Source: Rebecca billardiae RCC1528
Taxonomy: Eukaryota > Protista > Haptophyta
Assembly (NCBI GenBank): GCA_965240325.2
Contig: OZ251226.1
Span: forward strand, 124,001 to 188,000
DNA length: 64,000 bases
Direction of reading: 5' to 3'
The position numbers and the translations under genes are program-made. This document shows positions 1 through 13,322 of this stretch, one piece after another (positions within the stretch are counted from its first letter, which is position 1; every line of letters begins with the position of its first letter). The notes beneath the pieces are model-generated. The model was not told the origin of the DNA, made no database searches, and was given only the letters and a program-made list of their open reading frames with translations.

Positions 1-4
1 CTCT

Positions 5-2284
5 GTGCGCGTCGTGAGCGTCGCCGCCGGACTCGCGCACTCGGCGGCCGTCACGTGCGCGGGCGCGGTGTTCACGTGGGGCGCGGCGGCGTCCGGGGCG
101 CTGGGGTACCGCACGGCGGAGGACGTGCTCACGCCTCGGCGCGTGCCGCTCTACGCGCCGCCGCCCGCGGGCGGCGGCGGCAGTCACGGCGCGGCCGGCA
201 CGCGCGCGGCCGCGCCCGCGCTCTCGCGCGGACCCTCGCTCGACTCGTGCGCCGAGATTGCAATCTCGGTGGCGGCGGGCGAGGCGCACACGCTGGCGCT
301 GAGCGCGCGCGGGCGCGTGTACGCGTGGGGCTCGGCGGCGAAGGGCGCGCTCGGCCTGCCGCTCGGCGGTGCGGGCGGTGCGGGCGCGGCCGGCGCGGCG
401 GGCGGCGCGGCCGGCGCGGCCGGCGGCGCGGGCGCGGCCGGCGGCGCGGCCGGCGGCGCGGCCGGCGGCGCGCTGCAGCTGCTGCCGCGCCGTCTGGAGC
501 TGTTCGACGGCGGGCGCGCGGCGTCCGCCGCGGCGTGCGCGAGCGGCGGCGCGCCCGCCTCCACGCCGCGCGCCGCCCCCGACGCGCCCTCCGCGGCCGC
601 GCTCGTGACGGCCATCTCCGCCAGCGGCCACCGGTGCGCGCTGCTGAGCGCGGACGGGGGCGCGTACTGCTGGGGCGAGGGGATCGGCGCGCAGCCCGTG
701 CGCGTGCGCGTGCCCAAGGCCGAGCCGCCCGCGCCGCGCGGCGCGCCGCGCCGCTGCCGCGGCCGCCGCGTCGTCTGCGTCTCCGTCGGCTTGTCGCACT
801 TTGCCGCCGCGTGCGCTGACGGGTGCGCGTGGGCGTGGGACGGGGCGCTGCAGCCGCGCGCGCTGCACTGCGCCGGCCGAGGCGGCGGCGGCGCGGGGCA
901 CATCGTGCAGGTGAGCGCGGGCAAGTACGTCACGCTCGCGCGCTCCGCCGAGGGCGGCGTGTACTCCTGGGCCGAGAACTGGTCGCAGCTCGCGCCGCCG
1001 CCCACGGCTGTGCGCGTGCTCGGCGCGTCGCAGGCCGCCTTTGTGGGCGCGGGCGGCGAGGGTCGACTGTGCGCGGTGGTGACGGAGGCGGGCGTGGGCG
1101 TGCCGCGCGAGCTGCGCGCGGGCGCGCGCGGGGCGGGCGGCGCGCCGCGCACGCTGCAGCACCTCTGCATGGCCGCGCTCGCCCCGCACGTCACGCCCGC
1201 CAACGCGGTGGCGCTGTGCGCGCTCGCCTCCGCGCGCGCGCTCGGCCCGCTCGGCGCGCACGCCGCGGCGGTCGCGGCGGCCAACCTGCCCGCGCTGCTG
1301 GCGTGCACGGAGTGGGCGGCGCTGCCGCAGCCCGCGCTCGAGGCGCTCACGCGCGCGTGCGGCAAGGAGCCCGCGCCGCACCCGCGCGACGACGCCGACG
1401 ACGACGGCGTCGAGTGCTGCGGGCGCGCGCCGGCCGCCGCGCGCGGCGCGCCGCCGCGCGCCGCCGCGCCGCCGTCGGCGCGGCCCGCTGGCGGCGTGGG
1501 CGGGCGGCGCGGCAGCGCGCGCGAGCGCGGCGCGCTCGGCGCGGCGCAGAGCGCCTCGCCGCACGCGCCGACTGCCGACGCGCGCGCCGACGCCGACGCG
1601 GCGGGCACGCCCTCGCCGCGCGCGCCGCACGCGACGCCGGCGCGCGGCGCGCCGCACGGCGCGGAGTCGGCGCGCGCCGAGGGCGGCGCGCGCGGCGGCG
1701 GGGCGGAGGGTGCGGGCGCGGGCACGCGCCGCGCGCTCGGCGGCGCGCTCGCCGAGGCGAGCGCGCGCGCCGAGCCGCCCGCCACCGCCGCCGCCGCGCG
1801 GCAGCAGCGGGGCTTCGCCGTCGCGCCCGCAGCCGGCGCGACCGGCGCCGAGCGCGCCGCCGAGCGCGCCGCGCCGCAAACGCCGCCGCCGCCGCACGCC
1901 GCGCCGCCGCCTTCGGCTTCGGCTTCGGCTTCGGCCTCGTCGCTCGAGCAGCAGCTCGCCGCCATGTCGAGTGCGTCCATCGCGGGCTGGGGGTACACGC
2001 AGTGTGGCCGCGCGGCCGGAGGCGCGGCCGCGGTGCCGGGTTCGGCCGCGGCCGCGCCCTCGGCGCCGCCCGCTCAGTGCGCGGCCCCGCCGCCGTCGCT
2101 CTGTGAGATCATGCGAGATGAGCAGCGGCAGCAGCAGCAGCAGCAGCGGCGGCGGCAGCAGCCGCCGCCGCCGCCGGCCGCGCGAGGCTCGCTGCACGCG
2201 CAGCTGCTCGCAGGGGGCGCCGCGCCCGCCCAGCCGCGCGCGCGCGCGCAGCCGCCCGCGCCGCCCGCGCCGCCCGCGCCGCCG

Positions 2285-2320
<36 letters not shown>

Positions 2321-2912
2321 GCCGTGAACGCGGATGGTCTGACGGCCGTGCCTCGGGCCTCGCTGCCGATCATGGCGTTCGTGCGCGTGCCACCGCCCGC
2401 GGCCGCGCACCCCGGGGGCGCCGCTGGCTGCGCGTGGGCCAAGCCGGCCGCGGCCGACGCCGCCACCGCGACGGCTGAGGGTCGCGCGCGCACACAGCCC
2501 GTGCAGACGCCGGCGCCGCGCGCCGCGGGCGGCGGCGACGGCGGCGGCGGCGGCGGCGGCAGCAGCGGCGGCGCGTGGGCCACGCCGCCGTCGTGCTCGC
2601 CCGCGGGGGCGAGTGCGGGCTCGCGCCCGCTGCCCCTGCACCAGATCGTCGCGGAGGAGGCGCGCATGGCGCAGGAGCGCCGCGCCGAGCGCGCGCGCTT
2701 CTTTGGTGGCGGGGCAGCGGCCGCGCCCTCCGCGCCCTCCGCGCCCTCTGCGCACGGCGGCAGCGTGGGCGCGGCGGGCGGCGCGGCGGCGCTCGGCGGC
2801 GCGGCGGGCGCGGGCGGGCTCGGGGTGCTGGGGTGCGCTGGGCCCGGCGGGAGCCTGCTCTCCGCGTCGCCGCCGTCGCCGCTCGGCGCGTCGCCGCCGC
2901 TGTGCTTCGGCA

Positions 2913-2955
<43 letters not shown>

Positions 2956-3257
2956 GTGCGGCGGCTCCAACCGGTGGGGCTTCTTCGCAGAGCAGCGGAT
3001 CAGGGGCTTGGACGAGATTCAATCTGAGCAGCTCGAGATTCAATCTGAGCAGCTGCGCGCCGAGCGGGAGAGCGCGGACCACGCGCTCGCCGCGGCGCTG
3101 CAGGCGGAGGAGGCGGCGGCCGCGGCGGCGGAGGAGGCGGCGGCGGCCGCCGCGGCCGCGCGCGCGGGCAGGCCGCAGCCGCAGCACGCGGGCGGCGGCG
3201 GCGGCCGCGGGCGCGGCGGCGGCGGCCGCGCCGCCCGCGCCGCCGCGTCCGCCGCCG

Positions 3258-3289
<32 letters not shown>

Positions 3290-3583
3290 GGCGGCGGCAA
3301 GCGGCGCTCGCGCGGCGCGCCGAGCGGCGCCGCCGCCCCAGCGCCGGGCGCGGAGGGTCCGCTGCCCGCGCCAGCCGCGCCGCCCACGGCCGCCGCGCTG
3401 CAGCCGCAGCCGGCCACCCCTGCTGCGGCGGCGGCGCCCGCGCCACGCGCTGGCGCGGGCGGCGGCAGGCGGCGCGGCGCGCCCCCGAGCCGCGCCGGCG
3501 CGCGCGCCGTCGCCGCGGCCGCGAGCGCCGCCGCCCCGCCCAGCCGCCCGGTGCTCGGCGCCGCGCGCGTGCCCGCGGCCTGA
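5..3583 (+). CDS. RCC1-repeat protein (IBTK-like architecture), 5'-truncated by the window edge
   Basis: RCC1 repeats: VSVAAGLAHSAAVT..VFTWG, ISVAAGEAHTLALSARGRVYAWG, QVSAGKYVTLARSAEGGVYSW. Followed by a BACK-like segment (LQHLC..VTPANAVALC..NLPALL) and a low-complexity tail. No ATG start in view. Confidence 0.75.
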
Positions 3584-4193
3584 GGCGCTGAGGGCAACCT
3601 GCTCCAACCCAGAAGCCGGACCCAGCCCGCGGCATCGTCACTGGCCAGTGTCGTCGCTGGCCAGTGACGATGACGCTGCGCCCTGGCGAATCGCCAATTG
3701 GCTACGAAATCGAATCGGCTGCTCACGGCGACGCGCCTCTGGAGTCTCAGTCTGGCCCTCTGACCGAGCGGTCTCTCTGCAAGCCCGGTGTCGTCTGCTG
3801 TCGTCTGCTGCGTTGGGCCTGCGCGCGGCTGGCCATGACGACAGCCTGCCAGCAGACCATGTTGGCGGCGGGCAGACAGTATAGTACGCGACGAATACAG
3901 TAGTGCGTCGTAGCAGAGCAGTAGCAGTATATAGTAGTGCGTCGTATGACTAGCTGCTAGTAGTCGCGTTTGATGGCCGCCCGCCACGGCGGTGGCACCC
4001 GCCAGCAGCCCGGTGGGCCCTGGCGGGGCGGCGGCTCGACTCAGACGTGGCAGACGTGCCATCGGCTGCCATCCATCCATCCGTCCCGCCTCCTGCTCCC
4101 TCCTGCTCCCTCCGCCTGCCTCCCGATCCGACCATGGCAGTGATGGCAGCAGTGATGGCTCGTGCTCCGCGCCGCCCGCCCGGTGCCCCCGCC

Positions 4194-4487
4194 TCACGGC
4201 GTGTACGCCCACGGCAGGAAGGACTGCGCGAAGACGAGCAGCGGGTGCCGCGCGAGGTCGAGGCGCACGCCGCCCGCGCGCCGCCCCCTGGGGCGCGCGC
4301 CCGCCCCCTCCGCCGCCGCTCGCTCCTCCGCCTCCTGCGCCGCCAGGCCGTCCGCGTCCAGCCGCTCGGCGGGGGCGAGGCCGAGCGTCTGCAGCGAGAG
4401 CGAGGCGAACTCGGGGCGCGGGGCGGGCCACTCGGAGGCGCGGAACGCGGCGCAGTCGAGCGCGAGCTCGAGCAGCGCGCCGCCCTC

Positions 4488-4537
<50 letters not shown>

Positions 4538-4770
4538 GCGCGCAGTCACACGCGGCGCTCAGCTCGGCGGCGAGGCTGCGCGCCTCTGCGCGCAGCCAGC
4601 GGCCGGAGGCGGCGTCGTCGCGCCAGGCGAGGCCGCCGATCGACGCGTCGTATAGGCCGGCGAGCTTGGCGTACGGCGCGCGCGACGGCTCGATCTGCTC
4701 CGCCCACGGCTGCTGCCGCGCCGCCGCCGCCGCGCCCACCGCCGCCGCGCCCGCGCCGCCCGCGCCGCCC

Positions 4771-4829
<59 letters not shown>

Positions 4830-6410
4830 CGCCGCGGGCGCGGCCTCGCCGAGCGCGCCGAGCGCGGCGCGCCACGCGCCGAGCAGCTCGTCGTCCGCCT
4901 CGGCCGCGCCGCCCGCGCCGTCCGCGCCGCGCAGCAGCAGCGGCAGCACCGCCGGGTAGAGCAGCAGCGCGCGCCGCAGCCGCGAGCGCGCGCCGCGCGC
5001 GTCCGCCGCGGCGCGCGCGCCGAGTGCGAGTGAGAAGGGTAGGCCTGGGCGGAGGGGCAGGCTGGCGGCGGAGCCGGCGAGGGCGGGGAGGGCGAGGAGG
5101 AGGTGCGCGCAGCCCGCGCGCACCGCGTGGTGGTCGATGCGCAGCAGCAGGTGCAGCGGGTCCGCCGCCGCGCCGTCCGCGCCGCCGTCCGCGCCGCCGC
5201 CCGCCGCGGCCGCGTGCGCGTGCGGCTGCAGCAGCAGCGCAGCGCCGCCCGCCGGCTGCGGCACCGCGGCGGCGGGGCGGCGCGAGCGGCCGGCGGCGCG
5301 GCGCGGGCGCTCGTCGCCGGCGCCGCCGCTCGGGCCCCCCTCCTCCTGCCACTGCACGGGCGCGCAGCTCAGCCCGAGCAGCAGCCGACACAGCTCGGCG
5401 GCGGTGCGGTGGCAGCCGGCGTGGCCAGCCTGTGCGGCGCGCGCGCTGAGCGCGTGCAGGAAGGGAACGTTCTCGGAAACGTCCCAGCGCAGCCGGCAGC
5501 GGCCGTCGAGCAGCCCGCAGTACGGCAGCGCGGCGCGCTCGTACGCCGCGAGCGCGCCCTCCAGGTACCCCGCCGCCGCCTCCGCCTGCCCCGCGCGCTC
5601 ACACAGCGCGCTCAGCGCCAGCAGCGCCTCGCAGTGCGAGGGGCACTCGGCAACCAGCAGTCGCAGCGCGCGCGAGTCGGCGGAGAGGAGGGCGCGCGCG
5701 GCGTGCGTGGCGAGCTCGCGGTACGCGGCCGAGTAGCGGAAGCGGTAGAACGCCGGGCGCACGCCGCCGCCACTCCCACCGCCGCCGCTGCCGCCTTCCA
5801 GTGGCAGAGGCGCCAGCGCCGCCACCTCATCTCGCTCCATGCTCAGGCCGCCGCCGCCCACGCCGCCGCCGCCGCCGCGCACGCCGCCGCGGCCGCCGGC
5901 GTGGGCTGCGGGCGGGAGCGCGTCGGCGGGCGCGAGCACGGCGCGCCGCGCGCCGCCGCGCGCGCCGCCGCCCGCGCCGCGCCGCCGCGCGCCGTGCTGC
6001 GCGCCGCCGCCCGCGTGCTCGGCGGCGCGCGCGGCCGCGAGCGCGCGCCGCCCAAACCGCTCGGCCAGCTCGGCGGCCGGCGAGAGGTAGGCCGGCCGGA
6101 GCGGCCAGGAGGGCGGCGCGCTGGGCTCGTGCGCGGCAGCGAGCGCGTGCGCCGCGTCCGGCGCGTCGGCATCGGCGCGCGCCGGTGGGCGGTACCACGA
6201 CTCGTCGTCCTCCGACGCCGCCGCCGCGCCCGCCGCGCCCGCTGCGCCGCCATCGCCGTCCGCGGCCGCGCGCTCGGCGCGCCGCGGCGGCGCGCGGCCC
6301 TTGCGGCGGGCGCGGCGGCGCGCGGCGGTGGCGGTGGTCTGTGCGGGCGCACTCGCGCTCGCACGGCTCGCGGCCGGCGTGGTGCCCTCTGCCGCGTCGT
6401 CGCCGTCGCT

Positions 6411-6456
<46 letters not shown>

Positions 6457-6599
6457 GTGCTGAGGAGGCCGGCGGCGAAGGTCGGGCGCGGGGCGGGTGG
6501 AGAGGGTAGCGCGCTCGCCTCCTCCTCGTCCGCCTCGCCCTGCGCGCCGCCGCCGAGCACGGCGTCGCCCGCCGCGCGGCGCAGCGCGCGCGTGCTCAT
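4194..6599 (-). CDS. TCF25: TCF25/Rqc1 ribosome quality-control family protein
   Basis: Typical N-terminus MSTRALRR plus acidic tract; FYRFRYSAAYRE, CPSHCEALLALS, CRLRWDVSENVPFLHAL, GCHRTAAELCRLLLGL, DPLHLLLRIDHHAVRA; C-terminal PLLVFAQSFLPW. ATG at 6599. Confidence 0.85.
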
Positions 6600-6777
6600 G
6601 GCGCGCTTGCGCTGCTGATGACGATGGCGCCTGGTCAGCAGCGCAAGTCTGTGTCCGGCGCTGGGTAAGTACTTGTCCGGGGCCAACGACGCCCAACGAC
6701 GAACCTGAATTCAGGCTGCGAGGTCGTTCCGCTCCGCTGGGTGCGCGCCCAGCAGCCCAAAGCACGCGCGTGGCGGG

Positions 6778-7261
6778 ATGCGGCTCGCGCGCGTCGCCGC
6801 GCGCGGGCTGCTGCGCTGGGCGAAGGGCGCGGCGCTGGGCCGCTCGTTCTGCTTCGTCGCGCTGTTCGTCCTCTTCGGCGTCAACCTCTTCCAGCTCGTC
6901 GTCCTCTCCAACCACCTCTCCGGCTCGGGCGCGGCGGCGCGCGCGCGGCCCAAGCGCGGCGGCGCGGGCGGCGCCGACGGCTCGGACGGGCAGGCGGAGC
7001 GCGCGCCGCGCGAGCCGGGCGGCGGCCCGGGCGCGGGGGTGTACCTCGAGCTCCGCGCCGGCTGGCGCTGCGCCGGCGAGCACCGCATCGTCCAGCTCGG
7101 CGCGCCCACGCTCGAGTGCTGCGCGCGCCGCTGCCTCGAGGACGCGTGGTGCAACGCCTTTGCGCGCGAGCCGGCGGAGGGCGCGTGCCTGCTGTACGAC
7201 TCGGCGGGCGCGTGCGCGCCGGATCCGGCGCTCCTCGACGCCGCCGGCGCCGCGCCCGCGC

Positions 7262-7295
<34 letters not shown>

Positions 7296-7923
7296 GCCGC
7301 TCGGCGGCGGCGGCGGCGGCTCGGCCGCGACGCCGACGGCGCCGCCGTCGCCGCCGCCCGCGCCGGCGCTGATCGGCGTGAACGTGGGCGCGGAGCGCGA
7401 GCCGCGGCAGTTCGAGCTGCTCGTGGGCTGGTCGTGCCCGCCGGCCTCTGCCGCCTTCTACGCCAAGCACTCGAGCCTCCCCGCGCCCTCGGACTGCGAG
7501 GCGGCGTGCCGCGCGGACGATGCGTGTCGGCTGTGGCACTGGGCGCACGCCACCACGCGCCGCGGCGTGGGCATCGGCGTGTCCGGGCTGGGCTCGCGCT
7601 CGTCGTTCGCGTACGCGTCGGCGCCGTCGACGTGCCTGCTCTCGCGCACGCGCGAGCTCGGCTGCGGCCCCGCCGACCTCGCCAACGGCCCCGACGCCGC
7701 GTCCGCCTCGCACGCCTCCCACCTGCTGGTGGGCGTACTGCGCGAGCAGGCGGCGCCGCCCGTGCGCGTGCAGTACGGCTGGCGCTGCGCCGCGCCGCCG
7801 TACCGCGTGCTGCACGCGGACGTGGGGCCGCCGCCGAGGCCGCTGGTCGAGCAGGCCGCGCTGCTCGACGACGAGCCGCCGTACGCCGCCTACGCCCAGC
7901 CCGACGCGGCCGCGGACGCGGAC

Positions 7924-7954
<31 letters not shown>

Positions 7955-8356
7955 CTGGCGGCGGCGGCGGCGGCGCGGGCGCGCGCGCGCGCGGCGCGGA
8001 CGGCGGTGTCGGCGGTGTCGGCGGCGGCGGCGGCATCGGGCCCGAGGGCTCGGCGGCCGGCGCCCTCCGCCCGCTCGGCGCACCCGCCCTGCCCGACGAG
8101 CCCGACGAGCCCGAGCCCGCGCCGCCGCCGCTGCGCGCCGGGCAGCAGCTGGGCGGCGCCGACGTTGCTTGGTGCAGCCGCCGCTGTGAGCTGGACGCGC
8201 GCTGCGCCGCCTTCACGCTGTCGGAGGCGGGCGCGGCGGAGGGCGGCGGCGGCGGGGGCGGGGGCGCGGGCGCGGCCGCGGGCGGCGCGGGCGGCGGCGC
8301 GGGCGGCGCGGACGCGGCGGACGCGCCGGGCGGCGCGGCGGACGCGCCGGCCGAGC

Positions 8357-8401
<45 letters not shown>

Positions 8402-8668
8402 TGGGCGGCGGCGTGGGCGGCGGCGGCGGCGGCGGCGTGGGCGGCGGCGCGCGCGCGCCGTGGCGCGGCGGGCGGCTGCGCTGCGCGCTGCACGACGCGG
8501 CGGACAGCTGCGCGCCGCACGACGCGCAGCTCGGCCCGACGGCGCCGCCCGCCGCGCGCGCCGCCCCCGCCGAGCCCTGGCCCCTCGCCGCTGAGGACGC
8601 GGGCTGGGCGCTCGGCGCGGACGCGCGCCGCTGGGTGGCAGGCGTGCACACCGCGCGCGCGCCCGCGG

Positions 8669-8700
<32 letters not shown>

Positions 8701-9017
8701 GCGGCGGCGGCGGAGGCGGACGGCGGCCCGGCGCCCACCGCCGCCGCCAACGCCGCCTCGCCCGTCGGCCCGGGCACGGGCGGCGCGTACGCCGTGCGGC
8801 GCGGCTGGGCGTGTGCGCACTCCTCGCTGCTGCGAACGCTGCCGGCGCCCTCGGAGCCCGCGTGCGCGGCGGCGTGCGCGCGCGAGCAGGCGTGCATCGG
8901 GTTCACGTTCACGGCGAGCCAGACGCAGCGCACGCGCGAGCGCGAGGCCGCGTTCGAGGCGGAGTACTCCGGGTACGAGCGCTCGGGGTACGCCGCACCC
9001 GCACCCGCCGCCGCCGC

Positions 9018-9053
<36 letters not shown>

Positions 9054-9652
9054 GCGGCGGCTGCTCGCGTCAGCAGAGGCGGCGCGCGCGGGGGTGACTG
9101 GCGGCGGCGGCGGTGGCGGCGGCGGCTGGGGCGGCGGCGCGGCGGTGGAGGAGGGCGAGGGCGAGGGCGAGGCGCTCCTGCTCTCCGAGCCCTCCTCCAC
9201 CGACGCGCCCTCCGCCGCCGCCTCCGCCCCGCCGACCCCCGACGGTCGGTGCTCTCTCGTCTGGCGGCCGCACGCGTGCGCGCCGCTGCCGCGCGCGCGC
9301 CTCTTCGGCTCGGACTCGACCGACCCGCTGTCGGAGCTGCAGGACCGGTCGGAGCGCGCGGCGCTCTCGTCGGCGGGCTCGCCGGACGCCGAGACCGCCT
9401 TCGCCGCCGCCGACTCCTCCGTCCTCGCCGCCGACTCGCTCCCCGCCGACGGCGTCGGTATCTGGGTGGACAGCGGCCGCGCGCTCGGCTCGCTCGGCGC
9501 GGCGACGCCCGCGCTCGCCGCGGGCGCGGCGGCGCGCGAGGGCGGCGCGGGCGCGGAGCGCACGGTGAGCCTGAGCGTGCCCGTGCCGCTCTCGCTCTTC
9601 CCCGCGCCGCCGCCCGCCGACGACGCGCCCCCGCCGCACGCCGGCCGCGGGC

Positions 9653-9686
<34 letters not shown>

Positions 9687-10685
9687 GGGCGATCTTGGCG
9701 CGGCGGACGGCGCGGCCGCGGCGGCCGAGGCGGAGGCGGCGGCCGAGGCGGCGAGCGGGATCCGCGCGGTGCCGTTCGTGGTGCGCTGGCCGATGCGCTG
9801 CGCGGGGCACTACGCCTCCTTCCGCGTCGCGCTCGGCGGCGCGCTCGACGAGTGCCTCGCGCGCTGCGCCGCCAACTGGGCTGCGCGCGGTCGGTGCGCG
9901 GCCGCGGCGTTGCGCGGGCCGAGCGCGGGCGCGGCCGGCGGCGCCGCCTCGCACATCGCCGAGTGCTTCCTGCTGCCGTCGGCGGAGCGGTGCGTGCACG
10001 ACCCGTCGGGCGTGTGGCTCGCCGCGTGGGTCGACGGCGCCGCCGAGCGCGCCTCGCAGGCCGCGCGCCAGCGCGCGCGCGAGTGGCGCGCCGCGGCGCG
10101 CGCGCCGCCCGCCGCGGCGGCCGCGTCGGACGCGGCCGACGCGGCCGCGGCCGCGGCCGCGGGCGGCGGCGGCGGCGGCGGCGGCGCGCGGCCCGCGCCC
10201 GCGCCGAGCGAGCCGGGCCCGCTGCCCGCCGAGGCGCCCGCGCTCGAGCAGTGGCTCGGCCCGCCGCCGCCGCTCCTTCCGCGCGAGGGCGCGCGCCACC
10301 TCGCGGTCGCGCTCGCGCTGGTCGAGGACTCCGACCCGTGGCGGCTGGCGCGCGCGCGGGAGGTGGTGGCGAGCGTGTGGCGCGCGGTGCCGCCGTGCCC
10401 CGCGCAGGCGCCGGCGTTCGCGCAGCTGCCCGCGTCCTTCGTCTGGGTGTACTCGGGCGACTTCCGCTCGGCGCGCGGCCTCTCCCTCGGCGCGCGCCTC
10501 CGCGACGCGTGGGGCGCGGACGGCGCGCACGACTGCTTTGCGGGCGTGCACTTCTTGAGTCTCAACCTGCACGCGGACGCGCCCGGGGTGGGCGAGGGGG
10601 CGGGCGGCGCGCGCGCGGAGGCGGGCGCGCGCGGCGCGGGGGTGGGCCGCGCCGCCGGCGGCGGCGCTGGCGGACGCGCCGCCGC

Positions 10686-10776
<91 letters not shown>

Positions 10777-11789
10777 TGGCTGGCTGGCGCGTCCGCGGGC
10801 GTGCAGCGGCTGCGGCCGTGGGACGGGCGCTGCCTCGCGTGGCAGGCGTGGGCGCTGCGCGCGCTGCGCGGCCGCGCGCACGCGCTCCTCGCGCTCTCCC
10901 CCGAGGTCGCGCCCGTGCGCCCAGCATGGCTGCCCCTCGCCATCGCCGAGGCGTCCGCCATCGGCTGCGGCGCGCAGCAGCATTGGCAGCGTGGCCCGCT
11001 GGCGACGTGCGCGGCGGACGGCGGGCTGGGCGTGGCGGGCGGCGCGGCGCTGGGCGCGGGCTCGGCCGCGCCGTCCGACTCACGCTGGGGCGGCAACCCC
11101 GCCGCCGCCGCGCACCCCGCCGCCGCCTCCGCCTCCCCCCTCCACCGCGCGGGCAGCGCGCTGCCCGCGCCGCCGTGGCTTGAAGACGGCGGAGCGATGT
11201 GGGCGGTCGGCTGCGCGCCCTTCGAGGCGCACGTGCGCGCGGCGCTGGGCGCGTTCGCGCCGAGCGCGTCGCCCGGCGCGCCCGCGGCGGGCGCGTGCGC
11301 GCGCGCCGCCGAGCTCGACGGCGCGCGCCGCGGCGGCCTCTCCGTGCCGCTGGGCGCGCACGCGCGCGCGCTCGGCGCGCGCGGCGACGCGGCGGGCGCG
11401 CGCGCGCTCGCGCACAGACTCGCGCCCACCGGCTTCGCGCTCGACCTGTGCGCGCGGCCGTACGACGGCGCGGCGCTGGCGGCGGCGCGGCCGGGCGCGG
11501 TGCTGGTCAACTCGCTCGCGCCCTTCCTCTCGCCCACCGAGCTCACCCTCCGCGCCGCCTTCGCGCTCGCGCTGCGCCGGCCGCCGTCGGCGCGCGAGCG
11601 CGCGCAGCTGTATGCGCGGCTGGCGCGCGGCGAGCTGCGCGGCCGCGGGCTCGTGCGGCGGCTGCGCGCGCTGGTGCGCGCGGACGCGGCGGCGCTGGGC
11701 GCGATGCCGCCGCCCGAGGTGCACGCGGGCGAGCTCGGCTGGGACGCGCTCATACGCGCCGACGGACGCGTCGGCGCCGCCGCGGCCGC

Positions 11790-11843
<54 letters not shown>

Positions 11844-13123
11844 GCCGCAGCCGCCGCCGCCCACCGCCGTGCTCGCCGTGGCGCCGCTCGCGCTCGGCAT
11901 GGCGGCGGCGGGCGCCGAGCGCTCGCGCGCCGCGGCCACCGCCGCCGCCGGCCTCGCGCGCGCCTCGGACACGCTCCACTGCGCGCTCGAGCTGCTGCGG
12001 CCGCAGGGCGCGCGCGTGCTGCTGCGGCCGCCACCGCGCGGCCGCGGCGCGGGCGCGCGCGCGCGCGCTGCGGCGGACGCGCCGCGGCCGCCCGAGCGCT
12101 TCGCGCGCGCGGGCGCGGGCCCGGCGCGCGGCCGGCGCGAGCGCACCGTGCTGCTCTGCGCCTCCGTGCTCAACGGCTCGCTCGGCTGCGGCTGCGGCCT
12201 CGCACCCGCCGCCGGCGCGCGCGGCGGCGCGGCCGCGGCCGCGGACGGCGGCGGCGGCGGCGGCGGCGGCGGCGCGGCCGCCGCCGTCGGCGGCGGCGCG
12301 TTGGGCGGCGGCGGCGGCGCGCGCGCCGGCCGGCTCGCGCCGACGTTCTGGGCGGGCTGGACGCGCGGCGCGGCGCTGGGCGACGTGCGCGCCGCGCTCT
12401 CCCGCCGCCACGCCGCGCACGGCCCCCACCAGCTCGTGTTGGTCGGCCCCGGCGTGGATGTGGACCTGGCCGATCTGGCAGCGCTGCCGCCGCCCGCAGA
12501 GGAGGCCGAGGCGGGCGGCGCGGCCGCGGCGGCGGGCGGCGGCGGCGGCGGGTGGCAGGGCGGCGGCGCGGGCGGCGTGGGCGGCGCGGGCGGCCCTCGC
12601 GAGCGCGCCGAGCGCTGGCGCACGTGCGTGCGCGCGCTCGCCACCTCCGCCACGCACACGCTCATCGCCGAGTCCCTCCACGAGCAGCGCGCCGTGCACG
12701 CGGCTACTGGCGTGTTGCCAAGGCTGCTGCCGCGCTGGTGCGGCGGTTTTGACGGCTCGCGCGGCGGCGGCGGGGCGGAGGAGGCGGAGGGCGCGGGCGC
12801 CGCGCCGTTCGTCGGCACGCGCCTCCGCGCCGAGTACGCGCCCACCGAGCCGTACGCCATGCTCGTCGTCACGCACCTGCTGCCCGCGCCGGCCGCGTCG
12901 GCGGCGGACGGCGGCGGCGGCGGCGCGGTCGGCGCGGCGTGGCCTGAGGGCCAGCGCGTGCTCGACGAGCTGGCGGAGGCGCGCGCCGCGTGCGTGCGCG
13001 CCGCGCCGAAGCGCGGCGGCGGCGGCGGCGGCGGCGCGGGCGCTGCCGCCGGAGGCGGCGGGAGCGCCGCAGCCGCCGCCGCAGCCGCCGCCGCGGACGG
13101 CGGCGGCGGCGGCGGCGGCGCGA

Positions 13124-13158
<35 letters not shown>

Positions 13159-13283
13159 GGCGACGCCGCCGCCGACGGCGGCGGCGGCGCGGACGGCGGC
13201 GTGGGCAGCGTGGGCGGAGGCGGCGGCGGCGCCGACGGAGACTCGGCCGGTGGCGCCGCCGCCGCCGCCGCCGCCGGCGGCAC

Positions 13284-13322
<39 letters not shown>
